Shown in pieces: positions 13,993 through 27,087 of a stretch of 64,000 bases of DNA (position 1 is its first letter; every line of letters begins with the position of its first letter). The stretch is from Felis catus (taxonomy: Eukaryota): positions 200,882,001 through 200,946,000 of the forward strand of contig NC_058368.1 of assembly GCF_018350175.1 (NCBI RefSeq). The letters are read 5' to 3'. The position numbers and the translations under genes were made by a program. The notes under the pieces are model-generated. The model did no database searches, was not told the DNA's origin, and worked only from the letters and a program-made list of their open reading frames with translations.

Positions 13993-13997
<5 letters not shown>

Positions 13998-14289
13998 ATA
14001 ATGCCTGACTCTTTTATAGGTCATTTCCTTACTCAGAATGCTCTCCTCTTTTACCAATATATACCATTTACCAACTCAAACCCTTTCCATTGTCAAGGTC
14101 CAACTTAAGCCCCTTGTAGAGTGTCTTTTCTGTTTAGTGTCACTCATGTAGCATTCTTTTTTCTCAGAACCTTTGTACAGATATCACAAACATTAGTCTT
14201 ATAAGGCATCACTTTGAATTATTTTTTTCATTTTATGTGTTAATGTCCTAATTCTTCAAATAAGCTTTAAGGAAATTACTCAGGTGTGA

Positions 14290-14478
14290 AGTGTAAGTCC
14301 ATAGGCTCTGGCATGTCACTGTCTGGCCTCCAATTCTTCTTCAGTCAACCTTTAGGACTAATCCTCCTAATCAAGTTGTGTGATTTTAGGTCACTTAGAT
14401 CATTTGTGCTTTAGTGTCCTCATCTGTAAAATGATGATACATAAAGTACCAACCTTTTGAGAATTGATATGTGTAAAG
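14290..14478 (+). mobile_element. MIR SINE
   Basis: MIR core-like ttgtgtgatttt...tgtgctttagtgtcctcatctgtaaaatg. Confidence 0.7.
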
Positions 14479-14491
14479 AGTTGACTGATTT

Positions 14492-14710
14492 GGGACACCT
14501 GGGTGGCTCAGTCAGTTAAGCGTCTGACTCCTGATTTTGGCTCAGGTCATGATCTCACCATTCATGAATTCCAGCCCCCCTGCATTGGGCTCTGTGCTGA
14601 CAGAGTGAAACCTGCTTGGGATTCTCTGCCTCCCTTGCTCTCTGCACCTCCTCTGCTCATGCTCTCTCCCTCTCTCTCTCTCAAAAATAAATAAATAAAC
14701 ATTTTTTAAA
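14492..14710 (+). mobile_element. Can-SINE
   Basis: Full head and tail; TSD core agttga(c/t)tgat. Confidence 0.95.
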
Positions 14711-14857
14711 AATTAGTTGATTGATATAGCAATTATTATAAAGGCATATAGGAAAGAACAATAGAATGGCACTTTTGAATATGAAACTTTTTTTCCCCAT
14801 TTAACTAGCCTGGAAAGCTCATAATATCCTTATTTGTTTACTTGTTTGTTTTTCTTT

Positions 14858-15079
14858 TTTTTTATCAGTTTTTTTTAATGTTTATTTATTTTTGAGACAG
14901 AGAGAGACAGAGCATGAACGGGGGAGGGGCAGAGAGAGAGGGAGACACAGAATCGGAAGCAGGCTCCAGGCTCCGAGCCATCAGCCCAGAGCCCGACGCG
15001 GGGCTTGAACTCACGGACCGCGAGATCGTGACCTGAGCTGAAGTCGGACGCTTAACGGACTGAGCCACCCAGGCGCCCC
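14858..15079 (-). mobile_element. Young SINEC_Fc-type SINE
   Basis: CpG-rich, near-consensus reverse copy ending cccaggcgcccc; TSD tgtttgtttttcttt at 14843-14857 and 15082-15096. Confidence 0.97.
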
Positions 15080-15180
15080 AATGTTTGTTTTTCTTTGTGA
15101 AATAAAAATGTTTTCAGTGATCTCAAAAGTCTATCCTAAATTTGAAATTCCACTGCTACTAAAACGTTATCAAATTGAGT

Positions 15181-15328
15181 CCCTTCCTCCTTCCTTCCTT
15201 CCTTTCTTCCTGTCTTCTTCCTTCCTTCCTTCCTTCCTTCCTTCCTTCCTTCCTTCCTTCCTCCCTTCTTTCCTTCTCTCTCTCCCTCCTCCTCTTCTCC
15301 CTCCCTCGTATTTCTTTTCTCTTTCTCA
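15181..15328. repeat. (TTCC)n / CT-rich simple repeat
   Basis: Directly visible polypyrimidine tract. Confidence 0.95.
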
Positions 15329-17204
15329 GAATTAAAATTCTGAAATGCCCAAATAATGATCTCCACTATTCGATGAATTTTTGGAAAAAAGGTTGTCATG
15401 TCTACTTGTTTTTGTTTTTTGTTTTGATCCATAGACAATTCTGTGTTTTCTATGCTCAGCACTTTTTAATAGCTAATTAATTGATAATCCTTTCAAGATA
15501 AACCATGCTCAAACTAGATCATGCTGAGCTACTTACGCAGCCTTTTACTCCTGCTTTCATTTTACTCACCTTTCCCTTCCTAAATGCATACAAACAGACA
15601 TGGCATGCCGGGGCCTTTGCTACCAACATTCTCTTAGTAGAGATTCTGAAATGAGGTTTAAAATAGACACCTCCTCTAGATGGACATAGTCTTGAGGCTC
15701 TTGGCATGGCTAGCAGATAATTGCTCCATGACCAAAAAAAAGAAAAAGAAAAAGGCCTCCCTTCATGAGGTTGAAGCAGTCCAGGCAGTCCTGTAGTGTA
15801 TGAGGCCACATAGCTTGGCAAGTGAAAAGTGGGCTACATATCAATGCCCTCTCAGCGGCTCTGACAAGGATCTTTGAGCAGTCCATAACGGTGCACTTGT
15901 ACAGTCATTTGCCAGGAAAGCTCTCTTCTTGATATTCTCACATATTTATTTCCCTTCAGGGTAGAAAACTAACCTTAACTATATATACTCACTTCGTTTC
16001 TGTTTTAAAACATTGCTTTTCCAAAAATAATAATAATAAATTAGGAGGGACTCTCTGTTCAGAAAAAAATGAGAATTTCTTGAGCATCATAATATAAAAT
16101 GCAGAGAAAATACCTTGGGAAATATAACAAGAAAACAATTAACCAATCTAAACATTTTAGCTGAGGTCTGGATGCTAAATTAAATAACCTGCCTAGATCA
16201 TTCCCTTTTATGGTTCTGGTACTAGATATACTTCAATCTCTTTCAGTATCCAGGAACTGAAGGAGATGTGGTTCAGTTTTACATGTGCTTGAATTAATTC
16301 TGGGGACAGGTATTTGGGTAAGTAAGAGAGAGATGTTTCAAAAAATTGAAATCTCTGGTTTTTCATAGGTTCTAGTATAATATTAACACTTTATATGCAT
16401 AATGTCAATCTTTGTATTGAGTTTACTCAATCTTATTATAATATGAAAATGGTTTTTGGAGAGCTTTGCATTCTACATTATCCCCGTAAGAAATTTGAAA
16501 GGAAAAAATGTGCAGAAACAACTACTTGAGATTGGATAAGTATATATTGGGTGATTTTTCTGATTATATTTTTAAAATATTGCTCCCAGACTCATGTACA
16601 CATTTGGAAAAACTAACTTCACGTATTTATTATGTATATTTTAAATGGGAGAAATACCATTAAAGTCCATGGAGTAAACATGTAGTCATTTTGTAAATTA
16701 TTTATCTGGAAACCTCAAGAGCTTTTGCTGCTGTTTCATCTGTCAGTTAAATTTGTTTTAGTGGTATAAGTAATAGTTATGTGATATTATTGTACAAAGT
16801 AGTCATGAAAATATGTACAATTTACTTGTAAGACTGTTCAAATAAATAAAGATATAAGGGTATATACCATCTTGATCAATGCATATAACTCTGCAAGTGC
16901 CAATCAGCCTTTTGCTTATTCTTCTACATGAAAATGTACACACTAATTTAACATATCCTTTTTTGTTCATTTTTAGAAAATGAGTTATATGTCACAATTT
17001 CAAAATTTATAGACATTTGTAATTTCATACAATCTTAAGAGTTGCATTTGAAGAATTTTACAGATTCCTGAATTAATTGTTATTAAAACATCATGTAACA
17101 TAATGAAGCAATCTAAAAATAATCCATCAACTTTTTTAGTAGACCAAAAAAAATACACAAAGATAATGCACTAATATTAATTTGTGTGTGTTTTTCTTTT
17201 TTTT

Positions 17205-17402
17205 TCTCTCTCTTCTTATAAAGACATCAGTCATGTTGAATTAAGAGTCTACCCTTATGACCTTATTTAACCTGATTTCCCCTTTTAAGGCCCTGTCTCC
17301 TCCTCAAAGGCCCTCCTTAAAGGCCCTGTCTTCTTAAAGGCCCTGTTGAAGGTTAAGGCTTCGACATATGACTATTAAGGGGACCTAATTCAACTCATAA
17401 CA
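17205..17402 (-). mobile_element. MaLR LTR fragment (MLT1A-C-like)
   Basis: tcttcttataaagacatcagtcat...ccttatgaccttatttaacct...aaggccctgtctcc...aattcaactcataaca. Confidence 0.75.
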
Positions 17403-18904
17403 CCATGTAATTGGTGACTAGTTTAATTTAACTAGGGTGTGGTATGGACCCTGCCTTGCTAGGACCAAATAAAATGAAAGTAATAGAGATAATGAAGTAA
17501 GACTACTGGTAATGAACCTGAATTAAAGAATCTAAGTTTAGGAATAGACAAGAAGGATATAAAAAGTGTAAATAGAAGAAGCATGTATAAGAGGTATAGG
17601 TATAAGTGGGTTCAATTGATGTTATATGCAGATAAATGGCTACTCTGAGCCTATGTGAATTTCTAAATTAAAGGAGGCCTTGGTCTTTATGTCAGTTACT
17701 GGGTCTTATCTGGAATTTCAATCCATTCCAGGTAATTCCTAGAAGCTTCAGATTCATGTTCTCCAGAATTTATCAAAGACTATCAGTTGTAATCTCTGAT
17801 TACATAGAAACCAATTGCATATTTAGGTGTAATCAACTAACTGGCTCACCACCTTCCGCATGCGCCAAACATGCCCCCCATATTATGATATGCTCAGCAT
17901 CTAGAGTAGCTCCTGAAACATATTAGACACTCCAAATATGCTTATTGAATCATTTGGAAATAAATTTAATTCTTCATATCTTTGCTAAATCAAATTTCTA
18001 CTCTTGGTACAGTTATGCGGTAGTTTTTAGAGAAATTCTTTCTATAGTAATTTAGCTTTGAAACATTTGTGCTATTGGATTTTATTGGCACAGTCAGCCC
18101 ATTGCAAGTTCACTGGTTCATATGCTAGGATGTTTTCTGATTCCTGCAGGGGAGCAAAGTGATTCCCAGAACATAGAATTGTGCTATTATTCTAGCTTCC
18201 TTTACTTATTCTGAGAGCAACTCAGAATCTAGACATTAAAGGAAAGCCCCAAATTTCAAACACAAAAGTGACAAGAACTTCCATTTTCTTGACATTCTCC
18301 TCGGGGAATAGTGGCTGTTATTAGGTTGGATTTGACAGCATTGATTGATTGTCAATTTGATTTAAGAGCACAATGCCCCCCCCCTTTCATTTTATTCTTG
18401 CCAAGGACCCTGTACAATTTCACTAAATTTTTTTATGCAGCCTTCACTTCACTCACCCCCATGTATCCTTCCTTGCCACTTACATATTTGGAAAGGGGAT
18501 AGTTTAATAATATGGCAGTTTAAGTAGAAGCCAATTTTTATTTTTTTCTCCTGTGTTTTATTGTTAGCCAGCTTTTCAAAAAGTTCTTTTCTGTTTCTGT
18601 GTCATATGAAGCCAACTCCATCTCCTTCTAATCTAAATAATTCTTTGCAATAATTTAGCCTCATCCCATTCCCCAGTGTTGTTCTGACCCTTAGCCAATA
18701 TTTGGTTTGAGTTCTGTAGATTTCCAGTTAGATGCAGGTGGCTTAGAACCAAAGAGAATCTCCTGAAGCCATTGTTTCCAATCCAGGGCTGGCAGAAAAA
18801 CTCAATGCTAGATAAATGCTGTCTTTTCTGTTCTTCAAAATTTCAAAATCTTCCAGTGTTATTCAACGTTATGCTGTGTTTACCTGGAGTACTATGTTCT
18901 TTCT

Positions 18905-19220
18905 TATTTTTTATTTGGAAAATTTCAAACCTATAGGGGAAAAGAAAAGACTAAAATGAATACTGTATAGTCTTCACTTGGATTCACCTTCTATTGATAT
19001 CCCACAATGTTTGTTTCTCTCACATGTTCATTCCTTCTCACACCGTATAAGTTTTCCTCTATCTGCCTATCTATCTATGTATCTATGTATCTATCTATAT
19101 ATGTATCTATTATCTATCTATCTACCTATCTATCTACCTATCATCTATCATCATCATCATCATCATCATCTGCCCATCTCTTTATCCAATTTGAAAAGTC
19201 AGTGGAAGCATCATACTTTA
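18905..19220 (-). mobile_element. Ancient L1 (MC/ME) 3' end containing (TCTA)n(CAT)n microsatellite at 19057-19170
   Basis: tttatttggaaaatttcaaacctatag...cttcacttggattcacc is typical of an antisense old L1 3' end. Confidence 0.55.
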
Positions 19221-19356
19221 CCTCAGGAAGATTCCTACAAAACTCATAGACATGTATTTGTCCAATGCTTGAAAAACTTACTAAAAAGCAAACAGGAAAC
19301 TACATATCAATATGTTTATGTAACAGAAAGGGATGTTTCCATTTAATGACTTACCC

Positions 19357-19482
19357 GTGTGTGTGTGTGTGTGTGTGTGTGTAGACTAAAAGTCTCTATT
19401 GACTAAGGAACATGTGGAAATAAATAATACTTGCAGGAGATACACACACACACACACACACACACACGTGTGTGTGTGTATA
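19357..19482. repeat. (TG)n ... (CA)n(TG)n microsatellites
   Basis: Directly visible. Confidence 0.9.
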
Positions 19483-20619
19483 AAATTATTTGACATGTGA
19501 ATAAAGCATACTTAAAAGTTAAAATGGCAGAGGCATAAAAAGAAGTGCATTCCTGAGTTTTAAAATGCATCCCCTGCCAATTAGTCCTGAACCCAAGAGA
19601 ACTGAGCTAGAGCTGAGCTGGCACTTTGCCATGACATGAAGAAAACTAGGGCTCTGATGAATTTTGACATGGCGGCACTTGCGGTCTCCCAAGGGACCAG
19701 CACACGCTGCTTTTCCTTACTGAGGTAATAGGCACAAAACCTGCATTAAGTTATGTTTCCTGTCCATACTGGAGACATGTAGTTAAAGCACACTGAAGCA
19801 CAGAAGGGAAGAGAGGTAGCAAAAGTGAGTCTGATGTCTAAAAGATGTGTGTGGAAGGAAAAGAGAATATGGTTATTAGGAAGACACTCTCAGCCCTTTG
19901 TAAGTTAAAGGATATCTTTTCTTTCTGAGAATCTACTGGTGGCATGGTTCTTTTTCCAGTAACTAATGAATGGCTAAAATTGTTTCACTTCCGTAGTAGT
20001 CTGGGTCTCCTGGGCTTTCTGGATCTGGAGCAATCACACTAAGAATAACTGAGAGGCCAGAGAAATGAGGAAAAAGCAAATGTAGGGCATTCTGCACCAG
20101 GATGACTCAGGGAGGTAAAGTATGTGTCTGACCTAATGGAGTTGATGAGCACCATCTCAGTGACAGCCTGAGCTGCCTTCTATACCCACTGGGCTTCTTA
20201 GTCACCTCTTAAGGAAATTCTCTGGCTTGCAAGGTAAATTTTGAAAAAGGATGGCTAAGAATGTGATCTGATGGAGATAGGAGAAGAGGCAGTGGTAGAT
20301 AGCCTGTCACCCTAGACACCATCTTCTTACAGGTATATCAAGGACATCCCCTGGTTTGTAATCTGCACACGTTCTTCCTTCCCTTCTCTCTTTCTCTTCC
20401 CCAACCCTTGTGCCTCTCAATTAAAAGTAAACTAAACTGAAGGCCCACATCGAAATTTTGTGTTTTAGCATCTCAAAAACAGAAGCATACATAATTACAC
20501 TGTGTCTTTTTGCTTTCATTCAGTTAATCTACAGAACTTCATAGATGGTAAATATTCAATTTTTTTCAGTTAGTCCACACATGCCATCATCATCATCATC
20601 ACCATCATCATCATCATCC

Positions 20620-20699
20620 ACAACAAATGTTATTATGTATAGTTCCTGTTATCAATGGACTTAAAGTATATTTTGAGCACATTTATATAGATACAAATG

Positions 20700-20739
<40 letters not shown>

Positions 20740-21237
20740 GACATATATAGTCTGTTATAGCTGTCAAATGAATAGTATCAAACAAAATATTCTATTGGTG
20801 CTCAAAGAAGGAAGATCCTATAAGGATGCAAAAGTTTGGGGAAGTCCTCACAGAGTCATCATATACCTTAAGAAAAAAAAGAAAAATTGAAAGATATTCC
20901 ATACAATGTTTTTCTAAGGTAAAGGTCTAAACAGATCGGAAGGGATAATTTGGAAAGTCCAAAAGATTGATCTTTTGATAATAGCAAGTTAAATGTTTTG
21001 TAATGATTTTTAATGTAGCCTAAAAGAAGTTATGCAGCCAAGAGAAGTTCTTGAGAGGGAGAAAAACATATTACCACCATGGTGTAAGAATGCAAATTCA
21101 GGGTGCCTAAGTGGCTTGGTCCGTTAAGCGGCTGACTCTTGGTTTCTGCTCAGGTCATGATCTCATGGTTCATGGGATCAAGCCCCGCTCTGTGTTGTCA
21201 GTGCAGCACCCTACCTCTCTTTGACCCTCCCCTGCTG

Positions 21238-21269
<32 letters not shown>

Positions 21270-21710
21270 AAAAAGTTAGAAAAAAAAAAGAATTCAAATT
21301 CATTGTCATTATGCAGAATGGATTAACTAGAGGTGATAATGGAAGAAAGGAGCTCACAGATATAGAGTAAAAAATAATCAAGTGCTATGGGAAAGAAAAG
21401 GAAAAAACAAGAAGGATATAGTGGCAGATAAAATAATATCAGTTAGTGGATGGTTAGCTTTAAGAAACAAGAGAGAAAAAGGAGTGAAAGATAACTCCCA
21501 GTTCCCAGGCTTTGATGACTAGGAAGTATGGTGATAACCTTAAGCCCGACAGGAAACTATAGTTAGGGAAAGATAGCTTCAGGGTAAAGAATAGAAATCT
21601 GAGTTGCTTCTTGATAAGTTGTTTACTAGAAAATAAAGGACTTGGAACTATTAGACAAAGTTGTCAAGGTTGGAAAGTAGTTCTTAGAATCATTGATACA
21701 GAAATGGTGA
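20620..21710 (-). mobile_element. Decayed L2 fragments, interrupted by (TA)n and a SINE
   Basis: GA-rich L2-antisense motifs such as ggagtgaaagataactcccagttcccaggctttgatgactaggaag; boundaries approximate. Confidence 0.5.
21101..21287 (+). mobile_element. Can-SINE with internal deletions
   Basis: gggtgcctaagtggct head; TSD aagaat(g/t)caaattca at 21086-21100 and 21288-21302. Confidence 0.92.
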
Positions 21711-23444
21711 TCCACATATCTCATATTGAATCCCTTTATCAAAGGCTACTTACCCCCTTCTCTCTTTCACTAGATTATGCTTCCAATGTTCTTTGTTAGT
21801 ACCATGTGGGCTCGGAGACTGTGCAAACCAGTGATTTGTTCTACGGATCTATCTGCCTGCTCTGTAACATGCAGGTGGATCTTTAAATGGACATTCGTGG
21901 CTTCTCCTGCAGTTTCCTCGTACCCATATGTCTTATTATAATAAACACATCACTGGGTAAGCTTTTGCCTCCACTACTGAGAATGTCTGCTTGTGCTCTT
22001 TGTCATCTTTATTAATTCAAGTTGAAACTTCACAGTTTTGGCCAGTCTCTTCTCCCAGTTTGGTAGTTGGTGTTTGGGATATTTTCGTGTTCAATTGAAA
22101 ACAGAGCATGACACACACACCCCCCCCCCCCATATCACTTGTTTCTTTTACTGTTATTTGTCTGTTTCAAGAAAGGGAAGTGAATCAGAATGTTTGCTGA
22201 ACTATGTTTGAACGTAAGTTTTACTTCATTTTAGTTTGACTTACCTAGGGGATATTAAATGTTGGCACAAAACTGAGATGTGAGAGGAAATTCTAGATCC
22301 TACTTCATAGGTTTTTGCATCAAGATATTCTGTCTGGAGAATTGGAAAAGAGGATCCAAACCTTTTTTTATATCCAACTATATGAAACAGTCTGAGTATT
22401 CCTTGTTGATATCTAAGTGAACAGATTCATAACAGGAAAGTGTTTAATTTTACTGGGACCTCTCCCATCTAGAAAACATTGGAAAACTATCACAGCTATT
22501 TCTGTGGTAGCAGGATTTCTTCTCTGTATTCTATAGCTATTCACGCGTGATTATTGAGAGGGAAAACATATCTATTGCTACATTCTAGAAAAACTTTTTC
22601 TCAATTTTGGTATGCTAATGTTCATAGCATTATATCTGCTTTATTGAAGTGGCTTACCTCAGTATCAATTATTGAAAGGCTAAGAAGATTAAAATATATT
22701 TGGGGTGAATTATAAACTCTTTCATACATTTTTGAGAGGTTCAATAAAGTTTATAATGATAAATATGTTCTTTGAAAACCTGAAACTATTATCCTCTACT
22801 TGGATCACATTGAAACTTAAGAATCCAAAGGAGGCAGAAAGTTTTATTGTAAAAGCTTGATAAATAAGAGAGTGAGAGAATGAGCTATTAGGATAAAAAA
22901 AAAATAACCAGGACCTTAATTAATTTTTTTTCATAGAGTGAGGTTATTTTCCCTGAGGACTTGCCTTTTCCGTTATTTCATTTTACCTGCATGGTTTCCT
23001 ATTCATGTTAAATGGAGGAACGCTATAGCTCATATTTTTCTTTTGCAAAGACTGCTTATTCTTTAATAAGGACAGGTAGTAGTTTCTTTGTGGAGATAAT
23101 TGACTTTCTTGCTGTGCACATAGAACCTTACAGCTAAACTAATGAATTTTAGATAAATAATGGAAGTTTCTTAACTTTATACAAGTTTCATCAAAAGATG
23201 TTGGTATTTAATCTGATACAGATTCAATAGAAAAATAATTTTACTTACTAAAATATTGCAAAACAAACATTTATCTGTAGGTCTGTTTTTTAAAACTGAA
23301 ATGTGCTTTCTGCAAAAAACATTAAGTAGTTCATAGATTCAGGCTAGTACATGAATGCATTGCATAATGAAACTGAAAACTATATTAGTACTATTCATCT
23401 TAGTTTTGAATCCTGGAAAAAAGACCTGTCATCCAGAAAACAAA

Positions 23445-23509
23445 TATATATATATATATACACACATACACACACACACACACACGTATGGTGGATATAT
23501 ATATATCCA

Positions 23510-23550
<41 letters not shown>

Positions 23551-23570
23551 CATATAAGTATACTTATATG

Positions 23571-23615
<45 letters not shown>

Positions 23616-23621
23616 TGGATA
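23445..23621. repeat. (TA)n/(CA)n microsatellite containing nested palindromes
   Basis: Perfect 28-bp palindrome 23487-23514 and perfect 98-bp palindrome 23512-23609. Confidence 0.95.
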
Positions 23622-25236
23622 CAATTAGTAAAATGAAGCTTAAAAATGTTAACTTGTCCAAAGCTACAAAACTAATAAGTTTCCGAGTGCATAGACTTCA
23701 AAGGGGAGCTAGTGATTGGGTTAGCCAAGGAGCATGAATTACAAAGGAATATGGATTTTATACAAAGCTACAAGATGAATAGCCTGGAAGTTACTTTGGA
23801 CATGAAGCAGATGTTAATACCATATATCAAAACCAAGAATAGGTTCAAATTCAGCCAGTACCTTTTATAATCAGCCTTGGAGTTTGCCATGATTAATGAA
23901 GCTACTACTTGAGGAATGCCGATTTTTAATGAAATCGTGCTTAACAGCAAGTTAGATTAAAAATGTGTTAAATAAAATAAACTCCCAAGAGGAAAAAATT
24001 TTGCCTTTTGACTTTGAGGACAATGTCCACCTACTCCAACAGTAAAAATGATAAAAACAAAGTGCACTATATAATTGAGACTAAATAAGTATTTATTGAA
24101 TAAATTGCTATGAAGTATTTCACTTAATTGCAATGTTACAAAAATATAAGACTTAGTTGCAATATCAATAAAGATAACTATATAGATAGGTGCACGAGGT
24201 AATTATTTGAAGATTGAATAACTAAGTTCTAGAATCTTTACCACAAATTTGCTACTTTATATAAACCTTATATGTTTTAGTAGTATTATATAATTTCAAT
24301 GCAAATTAAGACTTTTTCATATTGATCCTAAAAAAAATTGTATTTCTGGTTCACACTATAGCTAAATGTGAGAAGGAAATGAGCTTCAGAAACTTCAAGA
24401 TCTCATAGACCGTGCACAAAGTGGATGTTGTATATATATAGAGAGAGAAATCATGATGGACAGTACTTAATATTGATATATAACTAATACAAATCTGATT
24501 TTTGTTTTCTATGGGGTGACATAAATTCAAGGCATGGAAAGTTATGTAATTTTAGACATAAAAATAAGAAAAAATTTATTTATATTTGTTGACATTTTTC
24601 TTGGCTTCTGAAGTTGCTCCAGCTGAAATTAAGCCATTTTACTTTAGCTTATAAAAAATTCTTGAATTACATGAGTTTTCTCATGTATAGACCCAATTGT
24701 GTGCTTGGGAGTGGCACTTCAGTCCACACATTTCTTGATCATCATAGCTGCATGTTCAAAGTTTTAAAGAGAAAAACTAGTGTACAACTAGGATGTCAAA
24801 AGTCATGTGTGGGGTCTTGCATGTTCAGAGAGTGTTGCCTATACTCTGGTTCTAGTATGTAGAAGACAACATATAGCCTTTATAGCTTTATAGTTGTCAG
24901 TAAGCCTCTCTACCTCTTATCCCAAGCTCCGGCTGCACAGGAGGAAACATCCAAGTATCCTCAAGTGTTACATTTATCCCCTACTGAGAAAATACTATAT
25001 TCCACTACTTGTGATGAGTGTAGTTAATCATGAAATAAAGTGAGGTTTCTATATAAATAAAATGACAGTTCAGCCCAGAGAATAGAAGCAAATCAAGACA
25101 TTGATTCTTGGTGTTTCTCTGGAAAAGAATTACATCCACATTCACCTCAAAATAGTACTCCAGTATAATTATATTGAGTCAGATAGCATTACCTTATGCT
25201 TCTGGATTATTTTTCATCACTTTTCTTAACTATATT

Positions 25237-25845
25237 CGTTGACAGGCAAAATTCTGAAAACCACCCTCGCCCCCTGCCCCAAGATGCACCACCTAATTCC
25301 TGCAACTTGTTAATACAATACGATCCCACTTCCGTGATTATATGTCATGTTATTTATTTAGTCCAGTTGACCTCATGATAGGGAAATTCTCTGTATGGCC
25401 CTGACCTAAACAAAGGAACCCTTAAAAGCAGCAGAAGAAGGCGGAAAGTAAAGGCAGAAAGATTTGAAACATTAAAAGTACTCAACATGCTATTGCTGGC
25501 TTTAAAGATAAAGAAAGCCACATAAAAAGAAATACAAGAAACCTCCTGGCGAAGAGAATGGCCTCCCCCTGACAGTCAGGAAGAAATCAGGGATGTGAGA
25601 CCTGAAACCACAAAGAACTGGATTTTTCCAACGCATTTAATGAGCCTGGAGGTAGACACTTTCCTAGAGCCTCCAGGTAAGACCTCTGCCGATACCTTGA
25701 TTTTCCTGCTTAGTGGTACCCTGAGCACAGACCCAGCCAAACATGCCCAGACTTCTGACCTACAGGACTGTGATCTAATAAATGGGTGTTGTTTTAGGCT
25801 ACTAAGTCTGTGGTAATTCATTATGCAGCACTAGAAAACTAATAT
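25237..25845 (+). mobile_element. MaLR solo LTR (MLT1D/E/F-like)
   Basis: cccagacttctgacctacaggactgtga...aataaatgggtgttgttttaggctactaagtctgtggtaattcattatgcagcactagaaaactaata 3' end. Confidence 0.85.
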
Positions 25846-26199
25846 GATATACTTGCATGTTTTGTGTTTTGAAAGATGAAAAAAGTTATTAGAGCATTCA
25901 GATCCTCAAGTCTTTAAACACAGTGAATAGTCATAGGAACAAAATTATCATAACTTTCTAAATAGAAATTCAGGGTTGGACTACACTGGAAAAATATATC
26001 TTCAGATATCCTCTGAAACTTCACACCAATAACAGACATAAAAAAAAAGTTGTCTTTGGATGAAGTTAGTAAAAATGACACATTGAATTCTTCCAATCAT
26101 AAAAATAGACTTCTTGTTATTTCTACCTTCACAAATCTCATTTTCCCCCTTACTAACATTCGGTATTCCAGGATTATCTACAGGAAAGAAAACTGGAGC

Positions 26200-26590
26200 C
26201 TCACAAGTGTAATTTTTGGAAATATTGGGAGGCTACATTTTCCTGCTTCTCTTGCAGCTAGGTTGAAGCCATGTGATTGATTCCTTGGCAATGGAAAATA
26301 TACAAAAATAATGTATGTCATTTCCATATGTGGCCCTTAAAAGAGATAGTCAAACCTCTGGGTTTTTTCTTCCTCTTCCGTGATGATATCAGTGAACATT
26401 TGTTTAAGATAGTAGCCTCACAAAATTAAAAAAAAAAAAAAGAAAAAAAAAGCTTAGATTTCTGAGTTACTGCATGCAAGAAAGCCCCCAATGAAACCTT
26501 ACAGACCCACACCAGAAAGAAATCTTTATAATGTTAATATACTGAATTGGCAGCTTCAGTTGATTCGTTGTAGGAACTAGCATTAATCTA
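26200..26590 (+). mobile_element. Old MaLR LTR remnant (MLT1H-J-like)
   Basis: ctacattttcctgcttctcttgcagctaggttgaagccatgtga motif. Confidence 0.55.
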
Positions 26591-27087
26591 TCTCCTTTCA
26601 TATTTTCTCTTAAAACTATGATGTAGCTATAAGTAGTCTCACAAATCAATAAATCACTGCTATAAGTACCTTAAAGTTTAATACATCATTTTCTCACCCT
26701 ACTAGCACTATCCTAGAGACTGGCAAAAAGTGTACGGGAAGTAAATAGTTTCAGATGAATGAAGAAATGCCTTGCTTTTCTAGAGATAATCTGCTCTTCA
26801 CTAAGGAATATAATGTAGTCTACCTAACATTTCACTAAGATGGCCTATAGTCAACAAAGCTTTGTCAGACAACTGCTCTGAAGGCCTAGACTCAGAGAAC
26901 AAATACAATAATCCCCTGAACTTTACTTACTACCTACATTGTCCAAGCCTTTTGTTCTAGAAGACGATTATAATTATACTTACTAAAAATTTTCATATCC
27001 TCCAGATTACAATAAGGTTAGCAGCCATAATAATAAAGGTAAATATACTTTAAAAAATACCATTTGGGGATTAAAAATAACATGGAG

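Noticed and set aside
22172..22213. 42-nt exon-like segment ending aac|gtaagt
   Set aside because: It has stop codons in all three frames and lies in what looks like decayed repeat sequence.
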